A stretch of DNA of 64,000 bases. Origin: Haliotis cracherodii (lineage: Eukaryota). The position numbers were made by a program, and so were the translations under genes. The stretch's first letter is position 1, and each line of letters starts with the position of its first letter. The stretch lies in the NCBI RefSeq assembly GCF_022045235.1, contig NW_027266268.1:12028001-12092000 (forward strand), written 5' to 3'. The notes under the pieces were generated by a model that saw nothing but the letters and a program-made list of their open reading frames with translations, made no database searches and was not told the origin of the DNA. Below are positions 38,295 through 55,492 of the stretch, piece by piece.

Positions 38295-39827
38295 CCTATG
38301 ATGTAATAGTGACAATAGAGGGAGAAGTAAAACGTAGTCCTAGGCAACAGCCAAAGTTGTGCTTTTGACGTCATAAAGCATATCACGTCATAGCTAGTGA
38401 TGTTTTTTCTATATTCAATTATATTTAATACTTATACACCTGATGTAATCACTTGTATATATATATTTTACGACAACAGTTAGAAAAGCAAAGTCAATGT
38501 GCAGATTTGCTATAAGCCCATTACTATTGAAGGCGATCTGGGCTATCATTGATCTTCATCAACACAGAGCTGGGCTATTGCTGAGTCCGGCGTTAAACAG
38601 TAAACAAACAAATATACAAATAATTGGAAGCTTGAACCAGGCATTTACGAAGATGAACATTCACACAATGAAACACAGTTGCTCTGGACCCTTTAGATAC
38701 ATACGCAAAATATGTAACTATATGAAATGGGTATTTGTGTGTAGACAGACAGACAGACTATCAAATATTGATGATACCAGGTGTTAGCGTGAAGGTAAGC
38801 GTATGTGGCCACACCAGTCACAAACATATGCAAATGCAAGTCCAGAGTTAACCTGAAAAACACACAGGTACAAGTCATAATAAGGAATTGCATCTGACGT
38901 CCTTTCTTCATTGATGCATCAAATTAGGAAATGTATTCCACATGTCTGCCATAAAATGTTTTGAATGTTTTGCTTAGGCCTTGAATGTTTTTAACCTAAT
39001 CGAACAACTTTTACGATAGGGTGTGACGCTCTTGGAATATGTCATCCATTCAAACCGATGTCCTCAACCAGTGTTCTTCTCTACACGTATATCTACCTAC
39101 CCAACGATGGTCAAACTAATTATTCTCCACAACTATTTACAAGACCCACATGTAAGAAGGGGCTGTAGCGTAGCCTAGTGGTTAAAGAGTGGGCTTGTCG
39201 TGCTTCAAGTCCCGGTTTGATTCACCAAATGGGCACATGGTGTAAAGTCGTGATATTGACGGAATATTGCTAAAAGTGGCGTAAAACCAAACTCTCTCAC
39301 ATGCAGATTGTTAAGCGAATCAAACCGTGTACTATAATCTCTGTTCCGATTGTGTACGCAATGGAAAAGAACTTTATATCCAAATCTTTACAGTTGTGTG
39401 GGTTTTTTTAAACGTTAGGGTTTCACCGTATTAAAACAAAAGGTATTGACCAAGCACCACGTCCAACATTTCCGTGTTTCATGTTTCTCTGGGAACTTAT
39501 CGAAAAATCAACAAAACAGATTATCTAGCATGGGCTGCCACGACAAATGTGATCAACGCTTGTATTATAAATAAAGAGCTACAAAACCATTTCCGTAATT
39601 AAAACAAATATCTTATAAGAGGAAAGCGTACGATACCGACTTATCAAAATCACGATTTATGAGTCAATATTTTTGAAAGCCCTGTTGAGGCTTTGAATAT
39701 TGTAGCCTTTGTCAAACAACTTTTGAGCTCTTTGAAATTTTCATAGAAAAAGCTCAATTGTACCCAAACATTTTCAGAATTTAAATCTGCCTAAATATAT
39801 CAGTTCATCCGTAAAGATGTAGTTAAC

Positions 39828-39990
39828 GGATTATCACGGATGAGTGAGTACTGTAACCTTGGATTAGGATTAACCGTGTTTGTAGCGACTAAGAACCCAG
39901 CGACAGTTAACCAATCATTTGTAAGAGGCCAATAATCCATAACAATATAAAAACAGCGACCGGTACTTCTGGTCAGTTACAACTCAAGTG
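39828..39990 (+). promoter_or_regulatory. Proximal promoter of tubulin copy 6
   Basis: GGATTA at 39828, 39861 and 39867, GTTTGTAGCGAC at 39878, CCAAT at 39911 and 39929, TAATCC at 39933, TATAAAA at 39946. Confidence 0.7.
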
Positions 39991-40050
39991 CCCAGCTTGT
40001 ATTCCACAGTAACAAGGACTTTCGTCTCCGTTCTTCCCCCAACATTCAAC

Positions 40051-43436
<3,386 letters not shown>

Positions 43437-43939
43437 ACTTGCTATTGCCCTGTACAGTCAGAAATAAATCTGAATCCAATCAGCAATTTTGTTTCTATTT
43501 ATATTCAATAATTCATACGAGTATCGAAACGTGAGATAGTGATTTGGGTTTAACTACGCTTTTAACAGTATTCGAGTTATATTAACACAACGTGTCACCT
43601 TAATGGAAAACCGTAAGTGATGCAGGGCTCAGACGTTTATCAATTTGGCGAAACCCACAAGCACGGGTAGGGACCTGACAAATGTAAAAACATAACTGGT
43701 GCGGCGTTTGTCAAAGAAAACATGTTAATCGAAAATATTGAAGATACAATTATCTGCCATGTGCCACTTTAGAAACAAGAATTATTTTGAACGCGACGCC
43801 AAACGAAATTTCACCTCACCTTAGCAACAAGAAACGACATCACAATATATATATACATACACTTACTATCTTTTTTTTAAATATTGAACTCTAAACGAAC
43901 AGTTACATTGTCTAAAAGGTTGTTATCCATAAAAAGTCT

Positions 43940-44053
43940 GAGGCCGAGCCAAACATGAACGACTTGGTGTCCGAGTGCCAGCAGTGCCAGGACGCTACCG
44001 CCGAGGAAGAAGTAGAGTTTGATGAGGAAGAAGGAGAAGCTGAAGAAGCTTAA
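43940..44053 (+). pseudogene. Degenerate beta-tubulin 3' fragment (last 37 codons plus stop)
   Basis: Translates [37 protein letters not shown]. No upstream tubulin sequence; AATAAA at 44076-44081. Confidence 0.9.
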
Positions 44054-45699
44054 CATGACAAACTGTACCTTCTGGAATAAAATATGACTTTATTTACATC
44101 TATATTTTTATATAATTCTTTTATATCTTACCCCATCTACTATCTGGTTGTCCTTCTCTCTAGTTTGAAAACAAAATTGGTTCAACAGAATTATGCACTT
44201 AAGATATAACAAGAATCTTCAGCACATGGATTACACCACATTTTTAAAGTCTTCCTATTTTCAAAACAGTGAGTGACAGAAAAGGCCGAATTGAACAGGA
44301 TTCTGTTGAACCATGGCGAGTCATCTTATTGTGGATTGAAAGTCGGACGTGATGCAGGTCACAGGCGTTTTACCACTAACACACAATTCCACAAAACTAT
44401 CTTAGCGCTAAGACGTGATTCCTTTGTCAGCACCATACCTGTGCTAGTGGGTTTCACCAAAGTGGCAAACGTCTGAGACCTGCATCATAAGTTAGAGTTT
44501 TCCTCCCAAGTAAAGCTTTTATGCCGTGATATATCTGGACTACTGTTCCTCGAGGCGTTACCCCTCACTCACTCATTCACTGCTTCAGTGGGAGGGTCAA
44601 GGTAATCCCTCTATTGATCTACCCCTGAGTGACATTATCACGCAAACTAGAATGAATTTGGAAATTATTCGTTCTGACTGGCAGTCTAACGTCTTGATAG
44701 TTACGTGCGGAGCAGAATGAAACCTTACGAGGCTTAGTTGATTTTCTTTAGGGGTTTCAAGAATGCTTCAAATTGTATAGCGACATGCATTCACGTGTGT
44801 ATATGACCGCTTGCATGAGTCCGGACTTATGTCGGTTTTATTGTGTTAGCCCACTGAGATACCATGCTACATGGATATCCCACTCAGACACATAACACAC
44901 CGACTCCGATCCGGCCAGTCCTTGTTTTATCCCCTTTGTACCAAGATTCAGCCAGCGCAACAACGATCTTGTAACGTCTTGTGATATGACGAGGTCATGG
45001 GATCGAACCACCGACCTTCCGCTCTTCGGACAGACGCACTATCCACTACACCACGGAAGCCGTGTTATATTTAAGAACATATGATAGGACTGACTGAGTG
45101 TATTATGTTTAAAGCCTCTTGGATGGTATTTCTGATATGGCTGCTGTAACGTAGAATTTGGTTCCCGTAGAAATGAGTACATACATGTAGGTCCAACAAT
45201 TCTTCGTGTCGCCCCATGGTGCTTGGTGCCGCGTTTTACGGGTGTTGATCTCGTATTGTACATAGACTAGGTACATCGTTCTACGATGGACTGTTTTCCC
45301 TTACACCGACTCTCAGCTTTTGGAGATATACATGTATATTCTGTCAAGTGTCAAGCAGAAAGAAATGATAACGTTTTAGGAAATGCGAATATCACCATCA
45401 ACGATTGACACCGGGTTTTCTTTCCTTATTCAAGCGAATGAAACGGATTCTATGTATAATATGATACCAAGGCCCGTTTTTATTTGGTATGAGTCTTTAT
45501 TTTATTTGTAAGATATTCCATACAAAATAACTGATCTTTTCAAATGTTCCTTCCCCTAGCCATTGCTCACTATAAATATATTAAACTGTAAACACGTTAA
45601 AAAACTTACATTAATAATTTACCCCGGTACCACTCCTGAGTGTGAACTGTACATTTCGAAATCACAACCTGTACAATAAAAAAAAGAGAGAAAAAAGTG

Positions 45700-46240
45700 C
45701 GAGTTTTTCTTCGCCTCCATCTTCTTTTCCTACACTTCCTCATTTTTCTTTAATATTCCTACTTCCCCATCGTTGTCCTACGCCTCGTTCCGCTCTTCAT
45801 CTTCTTCGGCTTTTTTACTTCCTCTCCTACATCTAATACTTCTACAGCCTTTTTTTATACATGCTGTCCCTCCCATCCTGCTTTTCACCTTGTCTCATCC
45901 TGCTCTTATTTCTCATATTTTCGCTCATTTTATCTTCTCATCTTCCTTCGTCGCCTTCTCATCTCCCTTCGGGTCCTTTATTGTCTTCTTCTCATCCTTG
46001 TTTCTTGTCGCCTTCCCTCGTCTTAATGTTCTACTTCCTGTCTTGCTCGTCCTTTTTTTTATCTTAATAAGCCCCCCTAAGAATTCTTTTGTCTTTCTAC
46101 TTCTACTTCATCTCCTCGCACTTCTTTACTTCTTTCTACTCTTGTTTCTTTTTGCGTCTTCTTTTCCTCTGTTCCCCTTCAGCTATTCCTCCTCTCACTG
46201 CTCTTTCCTCTCTTGTCCTCCTCATCTCAGTCCTTTCTAA
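45700..46240. repeat. Pyrimidine-rich low-complexity tract
   Basis: Strongly C/T-biased plus strand with no regular unit. Confidence 0.85.
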
Positions 46241-47760
46241 ATTGTCTGCATATTCTCATGCGTGTGATTCTTCTTCGTCTGATATAGAAGCACCTCTCTC
46301 ATAGCTCTAGGCCTGCCTTTTTAAAGATTATGTTTGTTTCACATTATTTGTATCCCATTTCAAATTTCAGTAGTTCTGCCAAACAATATTTGATTATTCA
46401 CACACGTTACGGTGAAATGTCTGACTTTCTTCATGTCCTATTTGGGAGATAAACTAAGGGGCAAAGTATACCAATATTGTTTTAATGTAATTTGAAAGAA
46501 CTGTTGTAAAATTTTATTGTATCTATTTAACATCACTCAATCCAGCAACAGTTTGTAGAATGTAACCTGTGGCTGGGTAATGTTGTGTAGAAAAAATATG
46601 GTTCAATGAAGGCTGGGATAAAAAATGAATATGCAACCACATGACCTCTACCATGTTTGGAAGCAAGTCTATGTTTTTGCAAAGATACGCTGACTAATAG
46701 TATGATACCCATCAGCAGTTGTGTAATTATGCGAATCATTTCGAAGTATTAAATGTTGAATTTAATTATAGTTTAGACAAAAAACGTGTAGAAGTATCTT
46801 TTGAGTGCTGACTTAGCGACATTACAGTTCATGTTTTACATTTAACATAGCTATCTGAAGATATTTTCAAATGAATATCAACTATATGATAAAATCATCT
46901 GAGAGGTATAGTTTCTTTTGCCCCTCAACTAAAAGTGAACAACAACAAAACAACTGACTCACTACCTCGAAATAATGTTTTGTAATTAAAATAATTATGA
47001 TAAGAGTCGTTTGTTGAAGCGCACATATAATATAACGAGTTAACCATGATCGTCTCATAATCGATACTGGCTGTAATATTTGTCGGCAAGACCCACAGAC
47101 ATTGCTGCTTTTCGCCCGTCTTCTAATTAAAAAGCCGAATTATTTAATTGCAATTATTTCACAAATTACATATCCGTTAACGATATGTCCTCAAACTTAA
47201 GCTATTCTATCATTTAGTGTGTTTTTGACATTGGCTCAGCTTCAGAAAATGTAAAGAAAACAAAGAGAGTACTGGCTTTGGTTGAGAATAAAATTAAAAC
47301 TGAGCATGACAAAGAGACTATTGTTTAAGACATGTGCTCAAAATGTTCTCAAAGATTCACAAAGTGCTCTGTTTGAAGTGAAGCTGTGGCTGTATCGGTT
47401 ACATGGCAGCGCCTGATAAATAATGTGTGAGTTTTGCATGCCGATATAAATCATGACTAAAGGAATTCTCATAGCATGCACACATTGATGTGATTATTAT
47501 AAATTCTGCTTCTCGTTTATTCAATTTAACAGATAGCGGAATTAATCTGCTCCATAATGATGATACGCAAGACTTTTAGGCCCATCCCAGAAAGTCCATG
47601 TAATATATATATACATTAATCATTTGAACTTTTGGAACATATTCAGTAATAAATGTTTAAACTGAATTTATTTTCAAGACACTATGACTCGTACATGTAC
47701 TTCCATCCAATTTGCTGAACATCCCTTACAAATTCAATGTAATATCATGATGGGCCTAGT

Positions 47761-47916
47761 AGTGAGTGAGTATGGTTTTCTGCCGTTTTCAGCAATATTA
47801 CAGCAATATCACGGAGGGGGCAATGGGTTTCACACATTGTACAAATAAAGGGAGACGAACCCGGGCCTTCGGCGTGACGAGCGAACGCTTTAACCACGAG
47901 GCTACCCCGACGCCCC
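47761..47916 (-). mobile_element. SINE family A in the probable 3' UTR of the monooxygenase
   Basis: Reverse-complement match to family A, lying between the stop codon (47999) and a candidate AATAAA (47667-47672). Confidence 0.82.
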
Positions 47917-47998
47917 TAAATAGACCTAGCAGACTTTCGTATATAAATATTATGCAGATACAGTTTACAACAGTGGAAACAAAAACACAGGGAGTTGT

Positions 47999-50900
47999 CT
48001 ACAAAAGTAAGACTGTGCAGAATGCAAGGACAACCGTTGACACAAGAGCGTCAACAGATGCTGTTCCACCAGTGTGAGTTGGGAAGCCACCGTTGTCGTC
48101 GTCCTTCTTGCATGAGCAGGATCCAAGGGCAGCTACAAATTTGGTTGTTTTGAGATCTGGGTTTCGGGACCTCAAGGTCAACAGATAGTCTTGTATTACG
48201 CCCTTGGCAAGACAAGGATGCTTCTCGGCCTCAGCAATAGCTGCAGGACATTCCTGGCGACATCCACCGAAGGGATTACAGTTGTCCAACACCTGAAAAA
48301 TAAAACGTCTCTAATGCAACAAGTCAATGTCTTTAGTACTCCAAAGAGGAATAACTTCCGTAGTAAAGTTTCTAAGGAGAAATCATTTCATTTTCAGTTG
48401 GTAGTGTGGGGTAATTATTGTTGGAGTTCATCATTTTTAATGTAGTGTCCAACAGGATCAAAATGTGTTCAATTTTGTTTTTTTCTTAATGTAACCAACT
48501 GCATTCTCTAGACACGTAAAGATAATGTGCAAAAAGGGCACATTATTACTTTTTCTACAATAAGAGATACATGCAAGTTTATTCAGTAATTCACATGTTG
48601 GATCTTGAACACACTCCCGTCTCCCCATTCCCTCCTGGAATTCAATGGATGCTCCCCAAGTTTGCAGCGGACCTTTTGATTCAACTTGAAATTAATTAGT
48701 AATAAAAATTACTTTCAGATTATTTGGGTCTTTGACGATCTTTACTGATTTTATACATGCATGCATCAGTAGGAATAATTCCTGACGGCAGAATATTCAT
48801 TATTACCAACAATACTTGATTAATTTTCATGTTTCTGATCAAGTGAAGGTAATGAGTTCTAAAACCAATCGTATAATTTTGAATATTGCGTAATTTATTG
48901 TTGTTGATGTCATACGTTATGTTGTGAATAGTTGCGTATAACATTAAACCAAACCGGTACATGTTGTAGTTTTAGCTTTAGATGCATATGTTCAGTCTAG
49001 GCAGTTGATGCAGGAAGTGTGCAGATGATTATTGTTGGTGGCAGCAGATTGAAACGCACGTAAAATGTTCTGATGACCTATTGTGAAACTTCCACGTGAG
49101 CTCGCTAATAAGAGTGACATTCCTCAGTCCAAGTTCCACCTTCGTTATCTTCCCGGTATAGAGAGTTCATCAGTGAGGAGCTTGTTTCAAACATTCATTC
49201 ACTTCCGACATACTCCTTCATTTGAGATGCCTCGCGAGGTAACAGTTTCTAGAAGGCTGACTGTACACAAGAGCGAGACGAGGCATATTCGAGGCCGTCT
49301 ATAACTAGACTTGCAATTGCAACATATCTACTTGCCCTGTGTGGAAAGGATACCTTTCGAAAAGCCTCAACTCTTTTGGCAGCTTCCAACACTATTTCCT
49401 CGATTCAAGAACGAGGCACAAGCCTCATGCTAGGCGTTCGACTGTGGCAAGTTCTGAACATTCATGCGTGAACTGACATATGTGATAAGGCCGATTATAT
49501 ATTGCCGTTGCCACATTTCTGAACCACTGTATTGTCTTTTATAACTGTAATCCTAATCCGGTTTCAATATAAGTTGTTGGTTGTTCACTTATCTTCCGTG
49601 TTTATTTATTGATTTCACAATATAGTTCTGTACGTACCGTTCTGAGTTAGCCTTCGCTTTTAAACTTTGTGTTCAAGTCGTATCAACGTTGAACGAAATG
49701 TCTTTCTGACAAATTAAGTATTTTCTTCCAGTTCAAGTACATTTTAACATACCAAGACATTACAACTGAAACAAAGTATGACTAGCCTCCTCAGTTCATG
49801 TTTAATAAGTGAAAACTTTTCAATGAGCAGAGCTCAGTGTTCGATTCCGACTCGACTATGGTCATGTATTTATGAATCACTATTAAAAAAGTGATGAAAT
49901 TGGTGGTTCGCGAAAGTGTGGGCGTATCCTGCCATACCGGTGGCATCTTCCACAAACACACGCAAAGACAAGTTAGCAGTTCATCTGCGAAAACACGGGA
50001 ACATATTGTACAAGTCAAAATATGGAATTGCAATTTTGATGCGTCATATTTGGAAATGTTCTCCACAAGTCTACCATAAGATTTAAACAACAGAACTGCA
50101 GCTCTGCAACAAAGGGCAATTCCTTGAAGTTGTTATCATTAGTACGGGCTGAATGAACTTGTACATCACCATACCTCAGGTCTCAATACGAGCTCACAAA
50201 TGGCAAAGACATATATTTGGTGAATTTCTTGTGCCCGCCACTGGACTTTCAGTGAGGTAATGTTGACGTGACAATTTTGCAAGGAAGTGACGTTACGTCA
50301 ACATTATAACGTTATGATATACGAATAGGCCAACTTGCATGGGTTTCACCAGACGGCGACTGGCCGGACATTCTTACCCTTTTCGCGAACACCTGGCATC
50401 ATCACTGATTTGTGATCCATTCATATAATTTCTATTACCATTTTGCCTTCTTCGCCAAATGGAATCGTTTCGGCAGATAACTGAGACTTATTTTTCTCTG
50501 GCGTTGATGATTTGAATGTGTTTTATTAAGACATATGTGGCTGTTTGGTGAGTTATATAGCTTACCTTGTCCATAACCATTTTAGTGTCAGGGTGTGAGT
50601 TGTTGAAGAACTCGGCAATCCTACAACCCATTATTGCTCCCCCTTCTACATCACAGTTGTTGATGGTCTTCCAAGTAACACAATTGCTATTGCTGCTGGC
50701 CCTTTTGGGGTAGTAAGTGAAGGTGCCATAACACATCTCGTTACTTATGGAAAAACCGTAGAAGGTGGTCTTTGTAGCAGACAGAGATTGGTATACACAA
50801 GTCGTCTTCAAGGAATCGCCACGGCGAATAGCCACTGGCGGATCATACCTGTGGGATAGAAAGTGGATTGCGGCATTTTCTTTTCGTCGAATAGATGAAT

Positions 50901-53900
50901 GAAAACGTTAGTGAGTATACAAAATGAAATCCTACATTTAAACTACGAACTTCGGTGGACTTTCCTTATATCTACAAGTCAAGGTTACGTGAGTGTATAT
51001 ATTTGAGGTGTCTTGTGCTAATGTCATCGAATAGTAATATCAGTCAATATGTCATACAAATACATGAACAACGAGTTATGAATAGCAAATACTGACCTTG
51101 GTAGCAGCTCCTATGACCCCCTACCTACGCTTAGGGTTTAACAACTACCGCCTGGCTCAGCCGTTATTATTTATAATACGTCAGGGAAAGCGAGGTTGCC
51201 AAGTTAACGAGGTTTTACTGTAGTTACTTCCCGAAATTAACGAGCGATAACGTTTGTTCAAATTCATGTTTCCCACATGTGTAACTACAATTCTGATAAT
51301 TGTTGAAGAGCCTTACGTCATGCTTTTTGGGTTGTCGTAGCTGTAGTTCAGCTGTTTAGTGAGATACTGCCTCTCGCCTCCACTGAAGAGTTCCACCGTC
51401 TGTGCTACACCTGGAGGAACAATATTCAAGGTAATATAAGGGTAACGATCTTTTTCAGGGCATTATCATTTGCAGAAGCCCGAGGTCTTCCATTAACTGC
51501 CCGACGAAGGAGGGCATTTGAAAGACTGAGGGCTTCTACAAATGAAGAGAAAAAGAGCGTTACCGTTATTATAGCTAAAATGTTTGGAATTTGTTATCAA
51601 ATACAAAGAAACAACAATATCGGTTTTGAAACATTCACTGCAATCAACACAAATGTCACTGACCCACTTTACAAACATGGAAACGTCATAGAACAAACCA
51701 GATGACGTCTCTTTTGAACATGACGTCACCTATCCCTACCCCAAGACCGTCGTCAAGCAATATGCGGGCATTATCAAGTTACAGTGGCCCGCTTATTTCT
51801 GATAACACGCGGGCGGTTGAATGACAATTCTATCCATTTTAGCTATAAATTCAGTTATGATATATATGAATATAAAAAGTCAAAGCCAAATGATAGTCAG
51901 TCTCTCAATGATTATCTGCCGAAACAGATTCCATCAGGCGTAAAAAGCAATAGTGGTGAAACTCAGTGACGACACTAGGTGTTCGCAGAAGGGGAAAGCG
52001 GTACAGGGAAATACGACTCCTACGACCACAAGGCTTTGTTCAGCCCATGCACAAACCATGTGACATTAGCTGATATGTGGTGCTATCAAACATAATCAAG
52101 GTGAATCATGGAATCGAAACAACAGATCGGTGGCCTATGCAACACGGGGAACAACGAATGGCTGTCCCTCCTGCATGAATAACTTACCTCTGTAATGCAT
52201 ATGGTTGAATCCCCCTATGATATATATGGTGTCGCTCAGGATCTTGTTTGTGCAGCGTGCGGGACACATGGATTCGACCACGGTCCTGCTCCGTCCAGGC
52301 GGGATAACAAGGTTGGTTTCTCCTGTCCAAAATAGTCCCGCGTCGTTGGGGCGAAGGTTGGACGTGTAGTAGATGCTAAGGCCAGAACCATCCATCTTGC
52401 CAGCTGTTTTTTCAGGGTTGTTCCAGTGAAACTGAAGCAAAAACACATACGTAAAATGAGATATCCAATATAACAGGGCGGTGGGGTAGCCTAGTTGTTA
52501 AAGCATTCGCTGGTCACGACGAAGGGTGTCCCCCGGCGTGATATTGCTGGAAATTACAAAAGGCGTCGTAAAACCATACCTGCACGCTCACTCCAATGTA
52601 GTATGACGTCTATGCCGTTACGTAACCAGACAACAGAGTAACTAGTGGGTGATAGCATGAACACCAATCCATGCCATTTTGGTACGATGGTCTCACATTG
52701 TCCCAACCCATTGTTCACTTGTCGGTTGTTCTCTATGACAACAAGTCGGTGTTGGGCATTCTAATTTCCTAAAAACCCAAAGGGTGCTTACAGCTTTCAT
52801 ATGTGTTCCTTTGATTTTTTGCGCCTCAGTTGTTAATGGCAATGAGGTGAGGTGATGGGAAATAAGGTTTGAAGTCGCCTTCATGTTTATTGCACTTATA
52901 TAGCGACTGATCCGGACATAACCTGGTCCGGGTTTACCCGGTTAAAAGTGCACTGATCCACGAGATGACTTCCCACTCCTACACAGTACACTTACTCCGA
53001 GCCGATCAGTCCTTGTTTTATCCTCTTAGTGCCGAGCGCCAGGCAGGTAACTTTTTTTGGTGACGCGGCCGTCCAAGATGCGAACTTGTACGCATAACAA
53101 TATGATAGTTTCTTAAACAACTCTTTTCCAGAGAAGGGAATAAAGATAACGAACAGCAGATATTGTTGGGTACGGGGAATTCATTGCCGTATACCGTATT
53201 GACATTTAATAGACTATTCCCGATTGTAAGTTATTTTGCGATTCATGGATCTCATTTGGAGCCAAACGGACTGTAAATGACAGTGAGTTTATGATGATAA
53301 CCTACTGACGATCATTGACTGACGTTCAGGGTGCACATCTGAGAAGGGATATCGGTCGAGTTATATTCTTCTCCACGTTATAACTATTCCGGATCATACA
53401 GCTGGCTCACCAATCATGGGTTTTATGCACAAGGCTACCACACCGCATCTAGACCGGGGAGATGGCTAATAGTAGATATCAACTACATGAATACTCTTAC
53501 AAGTACCCGGCGGGGATTCCGGGTTAGTATTTATATGTCTGTCATACGAGGCGACCAAATGGATCGGGTGGTCAGGCCTGGTGTCCCACTATGTTCCGAC
53601 GTTGCACATAATATCCATCTCTGGTTTAACTGGTTCAGACTCGATGACGTACAGGCCGCCGTCATATAGCTTGGAAAATATATAGCGTTAAACAACAAAC
53701 TCAAACTCTTAGATGTTAACCGGAATGAGTAGAAATGGTTTCACTTGCATAATTACGTTATGAATAAGAGTAGGCCGCCTCCGTGGTCTAGGGGCAGAGC
53801 GTTCGCCCTGAGGGGGGAAGGTTTGGGGTTCGATCTCCGGCCGCGTCGTACCAAAAGACGTTAAAAGATGGTACTTGTTGTTACCCTGTCTGGCACTCGG

Positions 53901-55424
53901 CATTAAGGGGCTAAAACAAGGACTGGTCGGCTCGGAGTCAGTATACTGTCTGAGTGTCTGAGTGGGGTATTCATGTTAAACTGCGGCATAGTATCTCAGT
54001 ATGCTAGTACTATAGATCGGCATCAGTNNNNNNNNNNNNNNNNNNNNNNNNNNNNNNNNNNNNNNNNNNNNNNNNNNNNNNNNNNNNNNNNNNNNNNNNN
54101 NNNNNNNNNNNNNNNNNNNNNNNNNNNNNNNNNNNNNNNNNNNNNNNNNNNNNNNNNNNNNNNNNNNNNNAAAGTGCAATAAAAACCAATTTCACCTCAC
54201 CTCACCTATGAATAAGAGTAAGTATTTTGTGTACCTGAAGGAGAACCCTCTTGTAGCCAGTTTTGCCAATTCTAAAGCCAGCTTCTTTATGGAGACACTG
54301 ACCAGGCATACCAACCGTCCAGAACCCAATGCCTTCCTGGCATGCAGGCATAGACTGTCCGCACTCTTGTGGACTTGTGATCACAGGCGCTGCAAGGACG
54401 GAAACTATACATATGAACCCAACTTGATACGGGTATTTTGTTTACTAGCTTCAAAACTTGTCCAAGTGGTACATAATTCAGCATTTGTCAGATATCATTT
54501 GTGGATAAAGTGAAACCATTACTGTCCATGTGCAATCCCCTAAACCTTCAGCAGGTATTTTGATACGCGTAAGAGATCGAGCAGCGGATTACGGCGACTT
54601 TGACGGTTGCCTCCAACACCTCCTCAAGAGGACTATAATTGGATATTTGTGTATGAAACTTCCAATTTGGAATTTTACTGCTCGGGAAGAGCAATAAGTA
54701 CCGGTACCCCTTGTCAAGACGGGCGATACACAAGTTCACTCAGTCGTCACAGAATTACACGCCAGTCGTATTTAACATTTTATATGTATTACTGGGCATA
54801 AATATATAAAGAAAATTATTTGGTAAAACGGGAATAAATAGTTTAAAATCATTAATATTTACCATTATCACCACATCCGTAAAGTATGATATGGTGCACG
54901 ACGTTAACGTTGTCTATTTCCGGTTCTGTGGCAATCAGGTGGTAATCCTGTGATTGGTCCAGGTCAAAGGTCATGCACATATAAGTGGTTTCCTTGTCAG
55001 GTACTGCTGTTCGTGGAATCTTCATAATCTGTTTTTGGACTCCTGCAAGGGGAAAAGGATTATGCAAACGCAAAGGCTAGAATTTCATAATCCTCCTCCT
55101 CTTCTCCCTATTATGTTCTGTCTGTATCTCTCTGTCGCTCTCTTCTCTCACACATACTCTTTCTGTCTCTCTCCCTCTCTGTGTCTCTCTCCCTCTCACT
55201 GTGGGATGTTCTGTGACAATATATTATCAAGTACCTGTTTCTGTAGTTGCTGTACAGTTGAATTTAGAACACTCTCTTCTCTCACACACACTCTTTCAGC
55301 CTCACTCCCTCTCTCTGTCTCTCTGTCTCTCTCTCTCTGGGATGTTCTGTGACAATATCTTATCACGTACCTGTTTCTGTAGTTGCTGTACAGTTGAATT
55401 TAGAACACTCTCTTCTCTCACACA

Positions 55425-55492
<68 letters not shown>

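Noticed and set aside
45642-46304. Hydrophobic F/L/S-rich ORFs resembling membrane proteins
   Set aside because: Artefact of a pyrimidine-rich tract.
49060-49110. CTGATGA..GAAAC resembling a hammerhead ribozyme core (also 13171 and 35697)
   Set aside because: Stems II and III and the NUH cleavage site could not be formed by inspection.
54028-54170. Missing monooxygenase exon hidden in the N gap
   Set aside because: The flanking exons join in phase as RVLLQ|FHWNNP, and the gap lies inside a SINE.
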